Origin: Candidatus Bipolaricaulota bacterium
GTDB lineage: Bacteria; Bipolaricaulota; Bipolaricaulia; UBA7950; UBA9294
Direction of reading: 5' to 3'
Assembly (NCBI GenBank): GCA_040752575.1
Contig: JBFMGK010000066.1
Location: forward strand, 46,640-110,639
Length of the DNA: 64,000 nt
Within the stretch, counting starts at the first letter, position 1. The number at the start of each line of letters is the position of its first letter. Below are positions 39,057 through 49,018 of this stretch, one piece after another. The notes under the pieces are model-generated. The model was not told the origin of the DNA. It saw nothing but the letters and a program-made list of their open reading frames with translations, and ran no database searches. The translations under genes and the position numbers were made by a program.

Positions 39057-41129
39057 TCAGTACCCTCTGCTCTTGACGATCTTCTCTCTCAGCCCTTCCG
39101 GGACCACGTCATACCGCGCCACGCGCAACGAGTACGCCGCCCTGCCCTGACTCAACGAGCGCAGGCGCGTCGCATACCCGAATGTCTCCGCGAGCGGCAA
39201 CGACACCGCAAGAATCTGCGCGGTTTCGAGAGCCCGCATCGACTGAACCTCGCCGCGTCGCCGCGCGAGATCCTCCAATACCTCACCCAGATACTCGGCG
39301 GGCGTGACGACTTCTCCCTCCATGATCGGTTCGAGAAGCTCAAACGCACCCGCGCCATACGCTTTGTGCAACGCGGACGATGTCGCGGCACGAAACGCAA
39401 GCTCGGACGAGTCAACCGGATGAAAAGACCCACCGATAACGGTGGCTCCGATATCGGCGAGAGGATAACCCGCTACCGGCCCGTTTGTCAACGTTCCGCG
39501 CAGCGCGCTCTCCACCGCCGCCCGATAGGTCGGTGGGATCTCCTCGGGAGCCACATCGAAGCGCGTCTCCAGACCACGTCCACGCTCCAGCGGCTCGAGG
39601 CGCAGGACCACGTGGGCATACTGGCCGCGCCCGCCAACCTGTCGCACGAAGTGCTCCTCGACCACGAGCGGCTCCCGCAACGTCTCGCGATAGGCAACCT
39701 GTGGGGTTCCGACGTTCGCATGGACCCGCAGTTCCTCGCGCAGGCGCCTCACCAGTACCTCAAGATGCAGCTCCCCCATTCCCCCCATGATGATCTGGTC
39801 AGTGGTTTCGTCGATGTGGACGTGGAAGGTCGGGTCCTCTTGGGCCAGCTTCTCGAGCCCCTCCATGAGGTCGGGAAGCTCCGCCTCGGTGCGCGGCTCG
39901 ACGGCGGTGAATACGACGGGGTCGGGGAACGAGATCGACTCGAGAAGAATGGGCGCCGCCTTGTCGCACAGCGTGTCTCCGGTCGAGATGTCTTGCGAAC
40001 CCACAACAGCCACGATGTCCCCTGCATCGGCTTCCTCGAGCGGTGTCCGCCGGTTGGCGTGCATCCGGAACAGCTTCGTTACGCGGAGTCCCTTGCCCGA
40101 GGTCGAGTTGTACGCATGGCCCCCGGCGGACATCTTGCCCGAGTAGATCCGAACGTACACCAACCGCCCGGCGTAGGGGTCGCTTTGGACCTTGAACGCC
40201 AGCGCCGAGAGCGGCGCGTCCGGGTTCGCCGGCCGCTCGCTCCCGTCGACTCCCCGAACTGCAGGAATGTCCCGCGGCGAGGGCAGGTACCGGACGATGG
40301 CGTCAAGCAGGAGCTGGATCCCAACGTTCTGGAATGCGGAGCCGCCGACGAGCGGAATCAGTCCGTGCTCGATGCAGCCCTTGCGTAATCCCTGGTGGAA
40401 GTCCGCCGCCGCAACCGGCCGCCCCTCCAAGTACGCCGCCGCGACCCGGTCGTCCACTTCGGCGACGCGCTCCATCGCCAGCTCACGGTAGAACTCCACC
40501 TGGTCACGGAGCTCCTGCGGCATGGGCTGACGCTCCATGCGCACGCCGAACGTCGAGGCGTCCCAGACGACAAGCTCCCGCGCGAGGAGGTCGACAAGGC
40601 CGACGAGCTTGCGGTCCGCGTCGCGATGAGGGAGAACCAGCGGGACCGCCTTGACGCCGAGGCGTTCCTCGATCATCTCTAGCGTCCCTGTCAAGCTCGA
40701 CTCCGCGCGATCCAGCTTGTTGACGAAAGCGAGGCGAGGAGTGCCGTAACGGTCTGCCTGGCGCCACACGGTCTCGGACTGCGACTCGACCATCTCGACA
40801 CCCGAGAAGACGACGACGCCGCCGTCGAGTACGCGCAGAGACCGTTCAACTTCCGCCGTGAAGTCGACGTGACCTGGCGTGTCGATCAGGTTGATTCGGT
40901 GTCCATCCCAGGGGCAGGTCGTCGCCGCCGAGGTGATGGTGATGCCCCGCTCGCGCTCCTGGGGCATCCAGTCCATCTCCGTGTCCCCCTCGTGGACCTC
41001 CCCCATCTTGTGGATCTGGCCCGTGTAGAAGAGGATTCTCTCGGTCGTCGTGGTCTTTCCGGCATCGATGTGCGCCATGATGCCGATGTTGCGCACCGTC
41101 TCAAGAGCCGGAAGACGAGGGGATGACAT
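39057..41129 (-). CDS. fusA: Elongation factor G (str-operon copy)
   Basis: [55 protein letters not shown] 41129 after GGAGAGG. Confidence 0.96.
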   Translation of the reverse strand: MSSPRLPALETVRNIGIMAHIDAGKTTTTERILFYTGQIHKMGEVHEGDTEMDWMPQERERGITITSAATTCPWDGHRINLIDTPGHVDFTAEVERSLRVLDGGVVVFSGVEMVESQSETVWRQADRYGTPRLAFVNKLDRAESSLTGTLEMIEERLGVKAVPLVLPHRDADRKLVGLVDLLARELVVWDASTFGVRMERQPMPQELRDQVEFYRELAMERVAEVDDRVAAAYLEGRPVAAADFHQGLRKGCIEHGLIPLVGGSAFQNVGIQLLLDAIVRYLPSPRDIPAVRGVDGSERPANPDAPLSALAFKVQSDPYAGRLVYVRIYSGKMSAGGHAYNSTSGKGLRVTKLFRMHANRRTPLEEADAGDIVAVVGSQDISTGDTLCDKAAPILLESISFPDPVVFTAVEPRTEAELPDLMEGLEKLAQEDPTFHVHIDETTDQIIMGGMGELHLEVLVRRLREELRVHANVGTPQVAYRETLREPLVVEEHFVRQVGGRGQYAHVVLRLEPLERGRGLETRFDVAPEEIPPTYRAAVESALRGTLTNGPVAGYPLADIGATVIGGSFHPVDSSELAFRAATSSALHKAYGAGAFELLEPIMEGEVVTPAEYLGEVLEDLARRRGEVQSMRALETAQILAVSLPLAETFGYATRLRSLSQGRAAYSLRVARYDVVPEGLREKIVKSRGY

Positions 41130-41186
41130 CGACGCCTCTCCGCGGCGGCCGCCGCGCCGGAACTCGGGCGGGCGACAGCCCACGAC

Positions 41187-41645
41187 CTACCAACGGTAGT
41201 GGGCGAACGCCTTGTTGGATTCCGCCATCCGGTGCGCGTCGAGCCTCTTGGTGTAGGCTTTGCCCTCTTTGCGGGACGCCTCGAGGATCTCGTTGGCGAG
41301 CCTCTCCGACATCGTATGCTCGCCACGCTCTCTCGAAGCCGCCACGAGCCAACGCAGGGCAAGCGCAATCTGCCGATCGGGTGGAACCTCGTAGGGAACC
41401 TGATAGTTCGCGCCCCCGACCCGCCGCGTTCGAACCTCGAGTCGCGGACAGCAATTCGTGATCGCCTCGTTGAAGACGTCCATCGCCTGCGATCCCGATC
41501 GAGCGCCGACAAGGTCCAGGGCGCCATAGACGATGCGCTCCGCGGTCGGCTTCTTCCCTTCCTGCATGATGTAGTTGATGAGCTTCGTCAGCAACTTGCT
41601 GCTGTGACGAATGTCGGGCTTCACGTCTCGGCCGGGGATCTTCAT
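41187..41645 (-). CDS. rpsG: 30S ribosomal protein S7
   Basis: [32 protein letters not shown]. Confidence 0.98.
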   Translation of the reverse strand: MKIPGRDVKPDIRHSSKLLTKLINYIMQEGKKPTAERIVYGALDLVGARSGSQAMDVFNEAITNCCPRLEVRTRRVGGANYQVPYEVPPDRQIALALRWLVAASRERGEHTMSERLANEILEASRKEGKAYTKRLDAHRMAESNKAFAHYRW

Positions 41646-41658
41646 GCTCGTCTCCTCG

Positions 41659-42024
41659 CTACTTCTTGGCACCATACTTCGATCGGCCCTGTCGGCGTGC
41701 GCCGACGCCCTCCGAGTCCAGGGTGCCGCGGACGATGTGGTAGCGAACCCCCGGGAGATCCTTGACGCGCCCACCGCGGACGAGCACCATCGAGTGCTCC
41801 TGCAGGTTGTGGCCTTCGCCACCGATGTAGGCGGTGACTTCTTTCCCGTTGCTCATCCGCACGCGCGCAACCTTGCGCAACGCCGAGTTCGGCTTCTTGG
41901 GCGTCCGCGTGTACACGCGGGTGCAGACGCCCCTCTTCTGAGGGCACGTCTCGAGCTGCGGGGCCTTGCTCTTCTTCGCCTTGGGCTTACGCCCAAGCCG
42001 GATCAACTGATTAATCGTTGGCAT
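41659..42024 (-). CDS. rpsL: 30S ribosomal protein S12
   Basis: [36 protein letters not shown]. Confidence 0.99.
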   Translation of the reverse strand: MPTINQLIRLGRKPKAKKSKAPQLETCPQKRGVCTRVYTRTPKKPNSALRKVARVRMSNGKEVTAYIGGEGHNLQEHSMVLVRGGRVKDLPGVRYHIVRGTLDSEGVGARRQGRSKYGAKK

Positions 42025-42050
42025 CTTCACTCCCTGGCACGTTGGCGGTG

Positions 42051-42079
42051 ATTATAGGGCGCATCGCAGACCCCTTCAA
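42051..42079 (-). promoter_or_regulatory. Sigma70 promoter of the rpsL..rplQ cluster; -35 overlaps the rpoC stop codon
   Basis: TTGAAG-17 nt-TATAAT. Confidence 0.8.
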
Positions 42080-45000
42080 GGGAGAGCCGAGATCTCGGCT
42101 TCGCCGTCCGGTTCGCTGGATTCCGCGATCCCCCGTCCAACAGCGGTCAACGGCACGACGAACCCCGTCCCCGCTGGAATCCGCTTCCCGACGATGATGC
42201 TCGGCTTGAGCCCGTCGAGTTCGTCGGTCTCCCCTCGGAGCGCGGCCTCCGCGAGAACCTTCGTCGTACGCTGGAACGACGCGGCCGAGAGCCAGCCCTT
42301 GGTCTGAAGCGCTGCCTTGGAGATGCGCAGGAGTTCACGCTCTCCGTCCGGAAGACGCTTGTCGAACACAGGGATCTCGAGAACGGACTCGTCGCGCGTC
42401 ACGCGGAGGGTGGCGACGCTCTCCCGCCTCGCGGCCTGGAGAATGCCCATCGTCAGAGGATCACCGCTTCGCGCAATCACATGACCCGCGACCTCGACAT
42501 CCTCGGCGAGAGGAGATCCCATGGCGTCGCTTCGCGCCTGCTCCGCCTCGCGGTTCCATACGGACAGAGACTCGATCTCCTTGCGGAACTCCTCGAGCGT
42601 CACGAGATCGCCAAGCAGGAATCGACCGTCGCCGCGATCGACGATGCGAACGTTGTTGAGAATCTGCCGGATGATGATCTCGAGGTGCTTGTCGCTGATG
42701 TCGACACCCTGCTGCTTGTACACCTTGTGAATCTCGTTCAGCAAGTACTGCCGCGCCTTCTGAACGCCGGCCGCCTCGAGCAGCGTGTGAGGGGCGACGA
42801 TCCCCTTCGTCAGGAGGTCGCCCTCTTCGATCTTGTCGCCCACCCTGACGGTGACCGCTTTGTCGATCGGCACCATGCTCTTGGGCTCGAGTTCGACCTG
42901 CGCCACGTCGCCCTCAACTTCAACGGCCTCTACGCGCACACGCCCCTTGTGCGAGATCTCAAGGCGTAGAATCGCTTCGCCTGCCCGCACCGAGGCGCCG
43001 TGGCCCTTGAGCGCCGACACGTCCCGGGTCAGAGGAATGCGCCGGGCCGCGCCACTCGGGTTGTAGACGAGGATGCGATCGTCGAGGACGAGCGCCTCGC
43101 CCTCGCCCTCGGCCGCCACGAAGATCGGTTTCGACTTGGACGTGATCTGCTTGCCCGCCTCGACGGTCTCGCCGGGCGCGACGAGCAGCCGTGCCCCGTA
43201 AGGAATCTCGTACTCGGTTTCGCCCCCGTCGTCGGCGATCAAACGGAAGTGGCGGTCGTCCTCTTCCGTCAGCTCGAGCCGCGACCGTCGAATCGCCACG
43301 ATGGGCTCGACATTGAAACGCTCGGTCAACGCGTCCTTCTCCGACACGGCGTCGCCGGTCTTGACCGCAGGGGCAGCCCCTCGTGGAATCGCGTATGCCC
43401 GGTCTCCCCCTGCCGTGTCGAGGACGAGCAGCTCCCGCCCCTCGCGCCCCTCCAACACGTAGACCTCTCCGCGACACGGGCTCCGGACGTCGAGCAGGTC
43501 TTCGATCTCCACCTCATCGCCCTTCTCGACCTTGAGGAGCGCTGCCGGCAAGAGAGCCGAGCGTGTCTCGCCGGTGATTTCCACTTGGTCCTCGCCCGTC
43601 GCGGTCGAGATGATGCCCGTGACGTACCCATCCAACGGGGAGATCCCCGCCTCATTGACTTTTACGGTCTTGCGGGCCTCGAACAGCTCCTCGGCGCGAG
43701 GAAGCCCCTGCGTGATGTCTTCGCCCGCGACGCCTCCGGTGTGGAACGTCCTCATGGTCAGCTGCGTTCCGGGCTCGCCGACGGACTGCGCGGCGATCAC
43801 GCCGACCGCGACGCCGAGGGCGACGGGACGATGCGAGCTCATGTCGTAGCCGTAGCACATCTGACATACGCCGTTGGCGGTCTCGCACGTCATCGCAGAA
43901 CGGATGGCGATTCGCGGCCGCACGCGGATCTTCTTGATCTTTGCCCCTTTGAGCGTATCGAGGAGCCGCGCCGTAATGGCCTCGTCGGCCTTCACGAGCA
44001 CCCTGTTGGTCTTGGGGTCTCGGACGTCGGCAACGTTCTTCGTTCCGATCAGCCGCTCGCGCTCCGCGGCATGGGCGAACCCCAGTTCCGCTTCGAGACG
44101 ACCGACGTGGATCGCCATTTCGTGGCTCACCCACTGGTTCGCGTCGATCAAGACCTCCCCGGTCGCCGGGTCGACCACAGGAGCTGCGGTGACGCGCCCA
44201 TAGATGCGATCTTCGATCGCCTCCATGATCTCCGTCTTGCTGAAGCGGAGCGGATCGATCTCGATTCCCTGCTTGGTCCCGCAGTCCACCTCTCGCACAA
44301 TCGTGTCCGACGACGCGTCGACGAGGCGTCGCGTCAGGTACCCCGAGTCGGCCGTCTTGAGCGCCGTGTCGGCCGCCCCCTTTCTCCCGCCGTGCGTGGA
44401 GATGAAGTACTCCATCATGTCCAGGCCCTCGCGGAAGTTGGAGATGACCGGACGCTCGATGATCTCGCCGGACGGCCCCGCCATCGGCCCGCGCATGCCA
44501 CAGAGCTGTTTGACCTGATCGGGCCCTCCACGCGCGCCCGACGTAACCATCCCGTACACGGGGTTGAAGCGATGGCGCCTCAGATTGTCCATCGTGGCCC
44601 GCTCGACATCGTCGACCGTTCGGCGCCAGATGCGGATGACCGCATTCCGCCGCTCGTCCTCGGTGGACAGCCCCATCTTGTACATCGTCTCAATCCGCTG
44701 AACCGCGGCCAGGGACTCTCGTACGATGTCGCCCTTCTCCTCGGGGATCAAGCAGTCCTTGAGAGAGATCGTGAGCCCGGCGTAGGTCGCAAAGCGGAAC
44801 CCTAGATCCTTGAGGTCATCGAGCACCTGGGCCGCCCTCTCCCAGCCGAACCGGTGGAAGCAGTCCATCACGATTCGCTTCACCGTCTTGCGATTGATCT
44901 CCACCGTGTAGTCGCGGATCTCCACAGGGAGCGCAAGGTTCACCTCGGCTCGCCCGAGCGTCGTCGGAATCAGCTCCCCGTCGATTCGGATCTTCACGGG

Positions 45001-47043
45001 GCTATGAAGCTCGATCGCGCCGCCTTCGAACGCTTTTCTCGCTTCATCGATGTCGCGGAATGCCTTGCCCGCGCCCTTACCCTCGGGATTCTCGATGGTC
45101 AGGTAGTAGTACGCGAAGATCGGGTCCTGCGTCGGCAGAGTCAGGGGTTCGCCGCTCGCCGGCGAGAGGATGTTCCGAGGAGCCGCCATGAGTTCACGGG
45201 CCTCGCGAATCGCTTCGGGCGACAAGGGAAGGTGCACGGCCATCTGGTCTCCATCGAAGTCCGCGTTGTACGGCGGGCAGACCAACGGATGGATGTGAAT
45301 CGCCTCTCCATCCACCAGCACGGGCTCGAAGGACTGCATCGAAAGACGGTGCAACGTGGGTGCCCGATTGAGGAGCACCGGATGTTTCTTAACAAGCTTG
45401 TCGAGGATATCCCATACCTCTGGCATTTCCCCCATCAGCGCGCGATTCTTGATCTCGTCAAAGTCCGAGAACGTCGTGGTCTCGAGGTTGTGGAGGATGA
45501 AGGGCTTGAACAGCTCAAGAGCCATCTTCTTCGGAATGCCGCACTGATGGAGTCTGAGCTTCGGGTCGACAACGATCACGGCGCGTCCGGAGTAGTCGAC
45601 GCGGCGTCCGAGGAGATTGCGTCGCAATCGGCCGTGCTTACCGTGGATCCTCTCGGACAGCGACTTCAAGGGCCGGTTGTCGCGACCGCGGATCGGGCTC
45701 TCTTTCTTTTCGTTGTGGATCAGCGCATCGACCGCCTCCTGCAGCATCCGCCGTTCGTTGCGCAGGATGACCTCGGGAGCCCCCATGTCGATGAGCTTCT
45801 TGAGACGGTTGTTTCGGTTGATGATCCGTCGGTAGAGGTCGTTGAGGTCTGTCGTGGCGAACTTCCCGCCCTCGAGCTGAATCATCGGCCGGAGATCGGG
45901 GGGCAGAACCGGGATCACATCGAGAATCATGTCCTCGGCGTTGTTCCCCGAGAGACGCAACTGGTCGACGACTTCCAACCGTTTCGAGATCCGCCGCTGG
46001 TTTCCCACCGCGGTTTCGGTTCTCAACTCCTCGCTCAACGTCTCGTGCAGCTCGTTCAGGTCCAGCGCGCTGAGGATGCCCTTGATCCCGGCGGCCCCCG
46101 TCTCGGAGATGAACCCTTCGGGGTAAACCCGCTCATAGGCTCGTCGCTCGAGATACGTAAGACGCGCCCCCAGGGTAAGCGGCACCGCGGGATTCTTGAT
46201 TCGCGTCACGATGAACACGAGGCTGTCCAGCACTTCACGGTCGAGGGGCTGCCCGGTAACGGCACCATAGCGATCGACGAGCATCTCGTAGGCCGTCTTC
46301 GAGCACAGCTCGCCGACCGGCCGCTCCGCGATCACGGTGTCTTCTTCCACCTCATCGCCATCTTCGACCATCAGTTCGGCATCGCCCACCATCGGGTACT
46401 CTTGCGAACCGATCACGACGCAGCGGATCTTCTCGCCGTTCGTGAGTTGCCGCTCCTCCAGCGTGACACGCCCTTCCTCTTCCGCGAGGACGCGAGGCGC
46501 GTCGTCAATGTAGTAGGCCGGCTCGGCTTCGAACGCATACGCTTGCGAGAGAATGCTGAACTCCGCGTCGTACAGCGTTTCGCCGGGACGGACTTCCTTG
46601 CTCTGCGATGAGGTCACGATGTGCAGCGCCTGCTCAAGGGGCTCGGTCTCGTAGTAGGCGATGCGCTGCAGCTCGCGTCGCTTCATCCCGAGAAGTCGGC
46701 TCAGGAGGCTCGACACGCCTTTGAGGAACCAGAAGTGGACGACGGGGCTGGCGAGCTGAATGTGCGCCATGTTGACCCGGCGAACCGAGGAGTCCGTGAC
46801 CAGGACATGGCACTTCTCGCAGGTGATTCCTTCGTACTTCTTCCCCTTGTACTTCCCGCAGGCGCACTCGTAATCGTTCGCCGGGCCGAAGATCTCCTCG
46901 GCGTAGAGGCCGCCGCGTTCAGCCCGATGGGTGCGGTAGTTGATCGTCTCCGACTCGGTGATCTCTCCGTGCGACCAGCTCAGGATCACCGACGGCGGAG
47001 CCAACTGAAGCTTAATGCGACGAACATCATCGCCGGATATCAC
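42076..47043 (-). CDS. rpoC: RNA polymerase subunit beta-prime (~1655 aa, several lineage-specific inserts)
   Basis: ETINYRT, Zn ribbon [68 protein letters not shown] start 47043 (47052 possible). Confidence 0.98.
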   Translation of the reverse strand: MISGDDVRRIKLQLAPPSVILSWSHGEITESETINYRTHRAERGGLYAEEIFGPANDYECACGKYKGKKYEGITCEKCHVLVTDSSVRRVNMAHIQLASPVVHFWFLKGVSSLLSRLLGMKRRELQRIAYYETEPLEQALHIVTSSQSKEVRPGETLYDAEFSILSQAYAFEAEPAYYIDDAPRVLAEEEGRVTLEERQLTNGEKIRCVVIGSQEYPMVGDAELMVEDGDEVEEDTVIAERPVGELCSKTAYEMLVDRYGAVTGQPLDREVLDSLVFIVTRIKNPAVPLTLGARLTYLERRAYERVYPEGFISETGAAGIKGILSALDLNELHETLSEELRTETAVGNQRRISKRLEVVDQLRLSGNNAEDMILDVIPVLPPDLRPMIQLEGGKFATTDLNDLYRRIINRNNRLKKLIDMGAPEVILRNERRMLQEAVDALIHNEKKESPIRGRDNRPLKSLSERIHGKHGRLRRNLLGRRVDYSGRAVIVVDPKLRLHQCGIPKKMALELFKPFILHNLETTTFSDFDEIKNRALMGEMPEVWDILDKLVKKHPVLLNRAPTLHRLSMQSFEPVLVDGEAIHIHPLVCPPYNADFDGDQMAVHLPLSPEAIREARELMAAPRNILSPASGEPLTLPTQDPIFAYYYLTIENPEGKGAGKAFRDIDEARKAFEGGAIELHSPVKIRIDGELIPTTLGRAEVNLALPVEIRDYTVEINRKTVKRIVMDCFHRFGWERAAQVLDDLKDLGFRFATYAGLTISLKDCLIPEEKGDIVRESLAAVQRIETMYKMGLSTEDERRNAVIRIWRRTVDDVERATMDNLRRHRFNPVYGMVTSGARGGPDQVKQLCGMRGPMAGPSGEIIERPVISNFREGLDMMEYFISTHGGRKGAADTALKTADSGYLTRRLVDASSDTIVREVDCGTKQGIEIDPLRFSKTEIMEAIEDRIYGRVTAAPVVDPATGEVLIDANQWVSHEMAIHVGRLEAELGFAHAAERERLIGTKNVADVRDPKTNRVLVKADEAITARLLDTLKGAKIKKIRVRPRIAIRSAMTCETANGVCQMCYGYDMSSHRPVALGVAVGVIAAQSVGEPGTQLTMRTFHTGGVAGEDITQGLPRAEELFEARKTVKVNEAGISPLDGYVTGIISTATGEDQVEITGETRSALLPAALLKVEKGDEVEIEDLLDVRSPCRGEVYVLEGREGRELLVLDTAGGDRAYAIPRGAAPAVKTGDAVSEKDALTERFNVEPIVAIRRSRLELTEEDDRHFRLIADDGGETEYEIPYGARLLVAPGETVEAGKQITSKSKPIFVAAEGEGEALVLDDRILVYNPSGAARRIPLTRDVSALKGHGASVRAGEAILRLEISHKGRVRVEAVEVEGDVAQVELEPKSMVPIDKAVTVRVGDKIEEGDLLTKGIVAPHTLLEAAGVQKARQYLLNEIHKVYKQQGVDISDKHLEIIIRQILNNVRIVDRGDGRFLLGDLVTLEEFRKEIESLSVWNREAEQARSDAMGSPLAEDVEVAGHVIARSGDPLTMGILQAARRESVATLRVTRDESVLEIPVFDKRLPDGERELLRISKAALQTKGWLSAASFQRTTKVLAEAALRGETDELDGLKPSIIVGKRIPAGTGFVVPLTAVGRGIAESSEPDGEAEISALP

Positions 47044-47106
47044 GCACCTCACCTCTCCTTAGTCGTGTTGTCCGTGCAATCCTGGGTGGGGCCGATCGGA
47101 CGATCA

Positions 47107-47280
47107 CTGAGCGAGACGCGAGCCGGCTCACCCATGCGCCTCGTCGCCGTCTTTCTCATCATTTCCCGCCGTAGCCCCTTGGCGTAAAAGGCACAATCAT
47201 CCAGCCCCTGGCGGGAGACCGGACCTCTACGAGTCATACTCCGTGGTAGAACACCTGGTTCGCGCTCGCCGCGCACTCAG
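47107..47280 (-). ncRNA. Candidate structured RNA (long 5' leader of rpoC or 6S-like RNA)
   Basis: End-to-end pairing 47274-47280/47107-47113 and 47264-47269/47118-47123, apical stem 47210-47216/47164-47170; lies just downstream of a promoter. Confidence 0.4.
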
Positions 47281-47301
47281 GAGTCTGTCTGTATTCGGTG
47301 G

Positions 47302-47329
47302 AGTATAGCCCGAGCTGCCTGCCTGTCAA
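47302..47329 (-). promoter_or_regulatory. Sigma70 promoter upstream of rpoC leader; -35 overlaps the upstream gene's stop
   Basis: TTGACA-16 nt-TATACT. Confidence 0.75.
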
Positions 47330-48372
47330 GGCGCCGCCGCGATCGGTGCGCCCAGCGTCAAAGCGGTCACGCCCGGCTCGTCCAGCAGATCGCGCCACGA
47401 TGCGAACGTCTGGGCGTTCAGCACCTGCGTCTCGTCGTCCCGCTCCCATCGAAAGCAGATGGGAAGAGTCGTCGGGCGCCCGGGGGCCGAGTGCGTCGCC
47501 GTGATCCTCGCCGCGAGGGCGACGACGCGGCTCCTCTCCGCATCGTTCTTGGCGTCCCAGGCCGTGCGCACGAGCGTGACCGGCCCATGAGGCGTGGAGG
47601 GGTACACGCGGAGATCTCCGGGCAGAAAGAGGTCTTGAAGCTGGTGTTTCTCGTCCTCCCCCTCGGCGAGGACGATCGTGACGTCAGGCTCCGCCCGATA
47701 GACGTGTGCGAAGTCAAGCAGCCGCAGTGCATTGAGTGTGAACGACTCCTCGGCCAAGAGGCGCGCCACCCGCTCACCGAAGCCGGGCACGGTGAGCTTG
47801 CAGCGCTGAGCAGCACAGAGACCATCCCACGATTCGAGTCCGAGCCCGGAGGCCGCCGCCATGAGATCCTCGTCGCTTGCCGGTCGTCCGCGCCGTGGGG
47901 CGTCGAGGACGGCCCATTCGTCGACGCGCTCCGGCGTCTGCCCCCACGAAGCGCACAGCGGCCTCAGCACCCGGCCCGTTAACCCAAACTGCGCATCGAG
48001 GCTCTGCAGATCGCTCGCCTTGATGTCCCACGTGTCGAGACGATCTCCCGTGACGAGGAAGTCCGCCCCGACCCGCTCGACGTACCTTGCCGCCCTTGCC
48101 AGAAGCAGCGTGCGACACTGCACACAGGCCCGCCGCAGGGAGAAGCAGACACGCGAATCCACGAACCGCCGGTAGTCGCGCTTCAGGGACTGGGTTCGAA
48201 ACGTCGTCCCGAACCACTCCTCGCGCAGGAGATCCCGCAACCCACCACACTCCGAAGAGAAGGGCGATCTGAAGTGCAGCAGCTGCACGCCGCCGACGTC
48301 CGGGTGCCGCTGCACCAATCGGCCCGCCACGCGACTTGCGAGGCTCCCCGAGAACAGCACGACAACCTTCAT
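47326..48372 (-). CDS. ThiI/MnmA-like PP-loop family protein with degenerate active site
   Basis: VVLFSGSLAS (cf. SGGLDS), CVQCR, ADFLVTGD, VLRPLCA, C.LT.PGF, GPVTLV...LAARIT. Confidence 0.65.
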   Translation of the reverse strand: MKVVVLFSGSLASRVAGRLVQRHPDVGGVQLLHFRSPFSSECGGLRDLLREEWFGTTFRTQSLKRDYRRFVDSRVCFSLRRACVQCRTLLLARAARYVERVGADFLVTGDRLDTWDIKASDLQSLDAQFGLTGRVLRPLCASWGQTPERVDEWAVLDAPRRGRPASDEDLMAAASGLGLESWDGLCAAQRCKLTVPGFGERVARLLAEESFTLNALRLLDFAHVYRAEPDVTIVLAEGEDEKHQLQDLFLPGDLRVYPSTPHGPVTLVRTAWDAKNDAERSRVVALAARITATHSAPGRPTTLPICFRWERDDETQVLNAQTFASWRDLLDEPGVTALTLGAPIAAAP

Positions 48373-48406
48373 CAACCCGCTGACCCCAGTCTCCGGCCCT
48401 CTGCGG

Positions 48407-48934
48407 CTATCGCCGCGGCTCGATCAATCCGTAGTTCCCGTCTCTTCTGTGGTAGATGATCGCGACCTCATCCGTCTCGGAATCGACGAACACGAGGAAT
48501 CCTTTCTCGATCGCCTCCAACTGGAGCGCCGCCTCCTCGGGCGTCATCGGCTTCATGAACCGCGTTTCGGTCCTGATGATTTGCTTCTCCGGCGCCACGG
48601 TGCGAACCTCGACGGACTCGCGGCTCGCTCCGTGCCCCCTCACATCCCCCAGCTGGTCCTTGAACTTCACGAGCTGACGCCGCAGCCTGTCGACGGCCAC
48701 ATCGATGGACGCATACATGTCGGTCGACTCTTCACGAGCCGTGATGATCTTCTTGTTCGTCAAGTGGGCGTGGAAGTCGGCGATCTGCCGTTCCTTCTCG
48801 ACCGTCAGCACGACATCGACACTGACGATTCGGTCGAAGAACCGCTCGAGCGCCTCGGTCTTCTCCACCACGTACGACCGCAGCGCCTCGCTGGACTCAC
48901 CATGCGTGTGCCGTTCAGCGATCTTGATCTTCAT
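48407..48934 (-). CDS. hpf: Ribosome hibernation promoting factor (long HPF)
   Basis: DMYASID.AVD.L.RQL..FK, KPMTPEEA.LQL, F.VF.D, Y.RRDGNYGLIEP. Confidence 0.95.
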   Translation of the reverse strand: MKIKIAERHTHGESSEALRSYVVEKTEALERFFDRIVSVDVVLTVEKERQIADFHAHLTNKKIITAREESTDMYASIDVAVDRLRRQLVKFKDQLGDVRGHGASRESVEVRTVAPEKQIIRTETRFMKPMTPEEAALQLEAIEKGFLVFVDSETDEVAIIYHRRDGNYGLIEPRR

Positions 48935-48954
48935 CGACTCCCCCTTCCAACGAG

Positions 48955-48983
48955 ATTATGACAGAAAAGCTGATAGACGTCAA
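48955..48983 (-). promoter_or_regulatory. Sigma70 promoter of hpf
   Basis: TTGACG-17 nt-CATAAT with extended TG. Confidence 0.75.
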
Positions 48984-49018
48984 CGGTGTGGGGAGAAGGC
49001 CGGATCCCTAGGCTCTCT

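Noticed and set aside
47049..47276. 75-aa ORF in the rpoC leader ending at the rpoC start (possible leader peptide)
   Set aside because: No SD, no recognisable composition, and ORFs of this length are common by chance here; it would need conservation or ribosome profiling.
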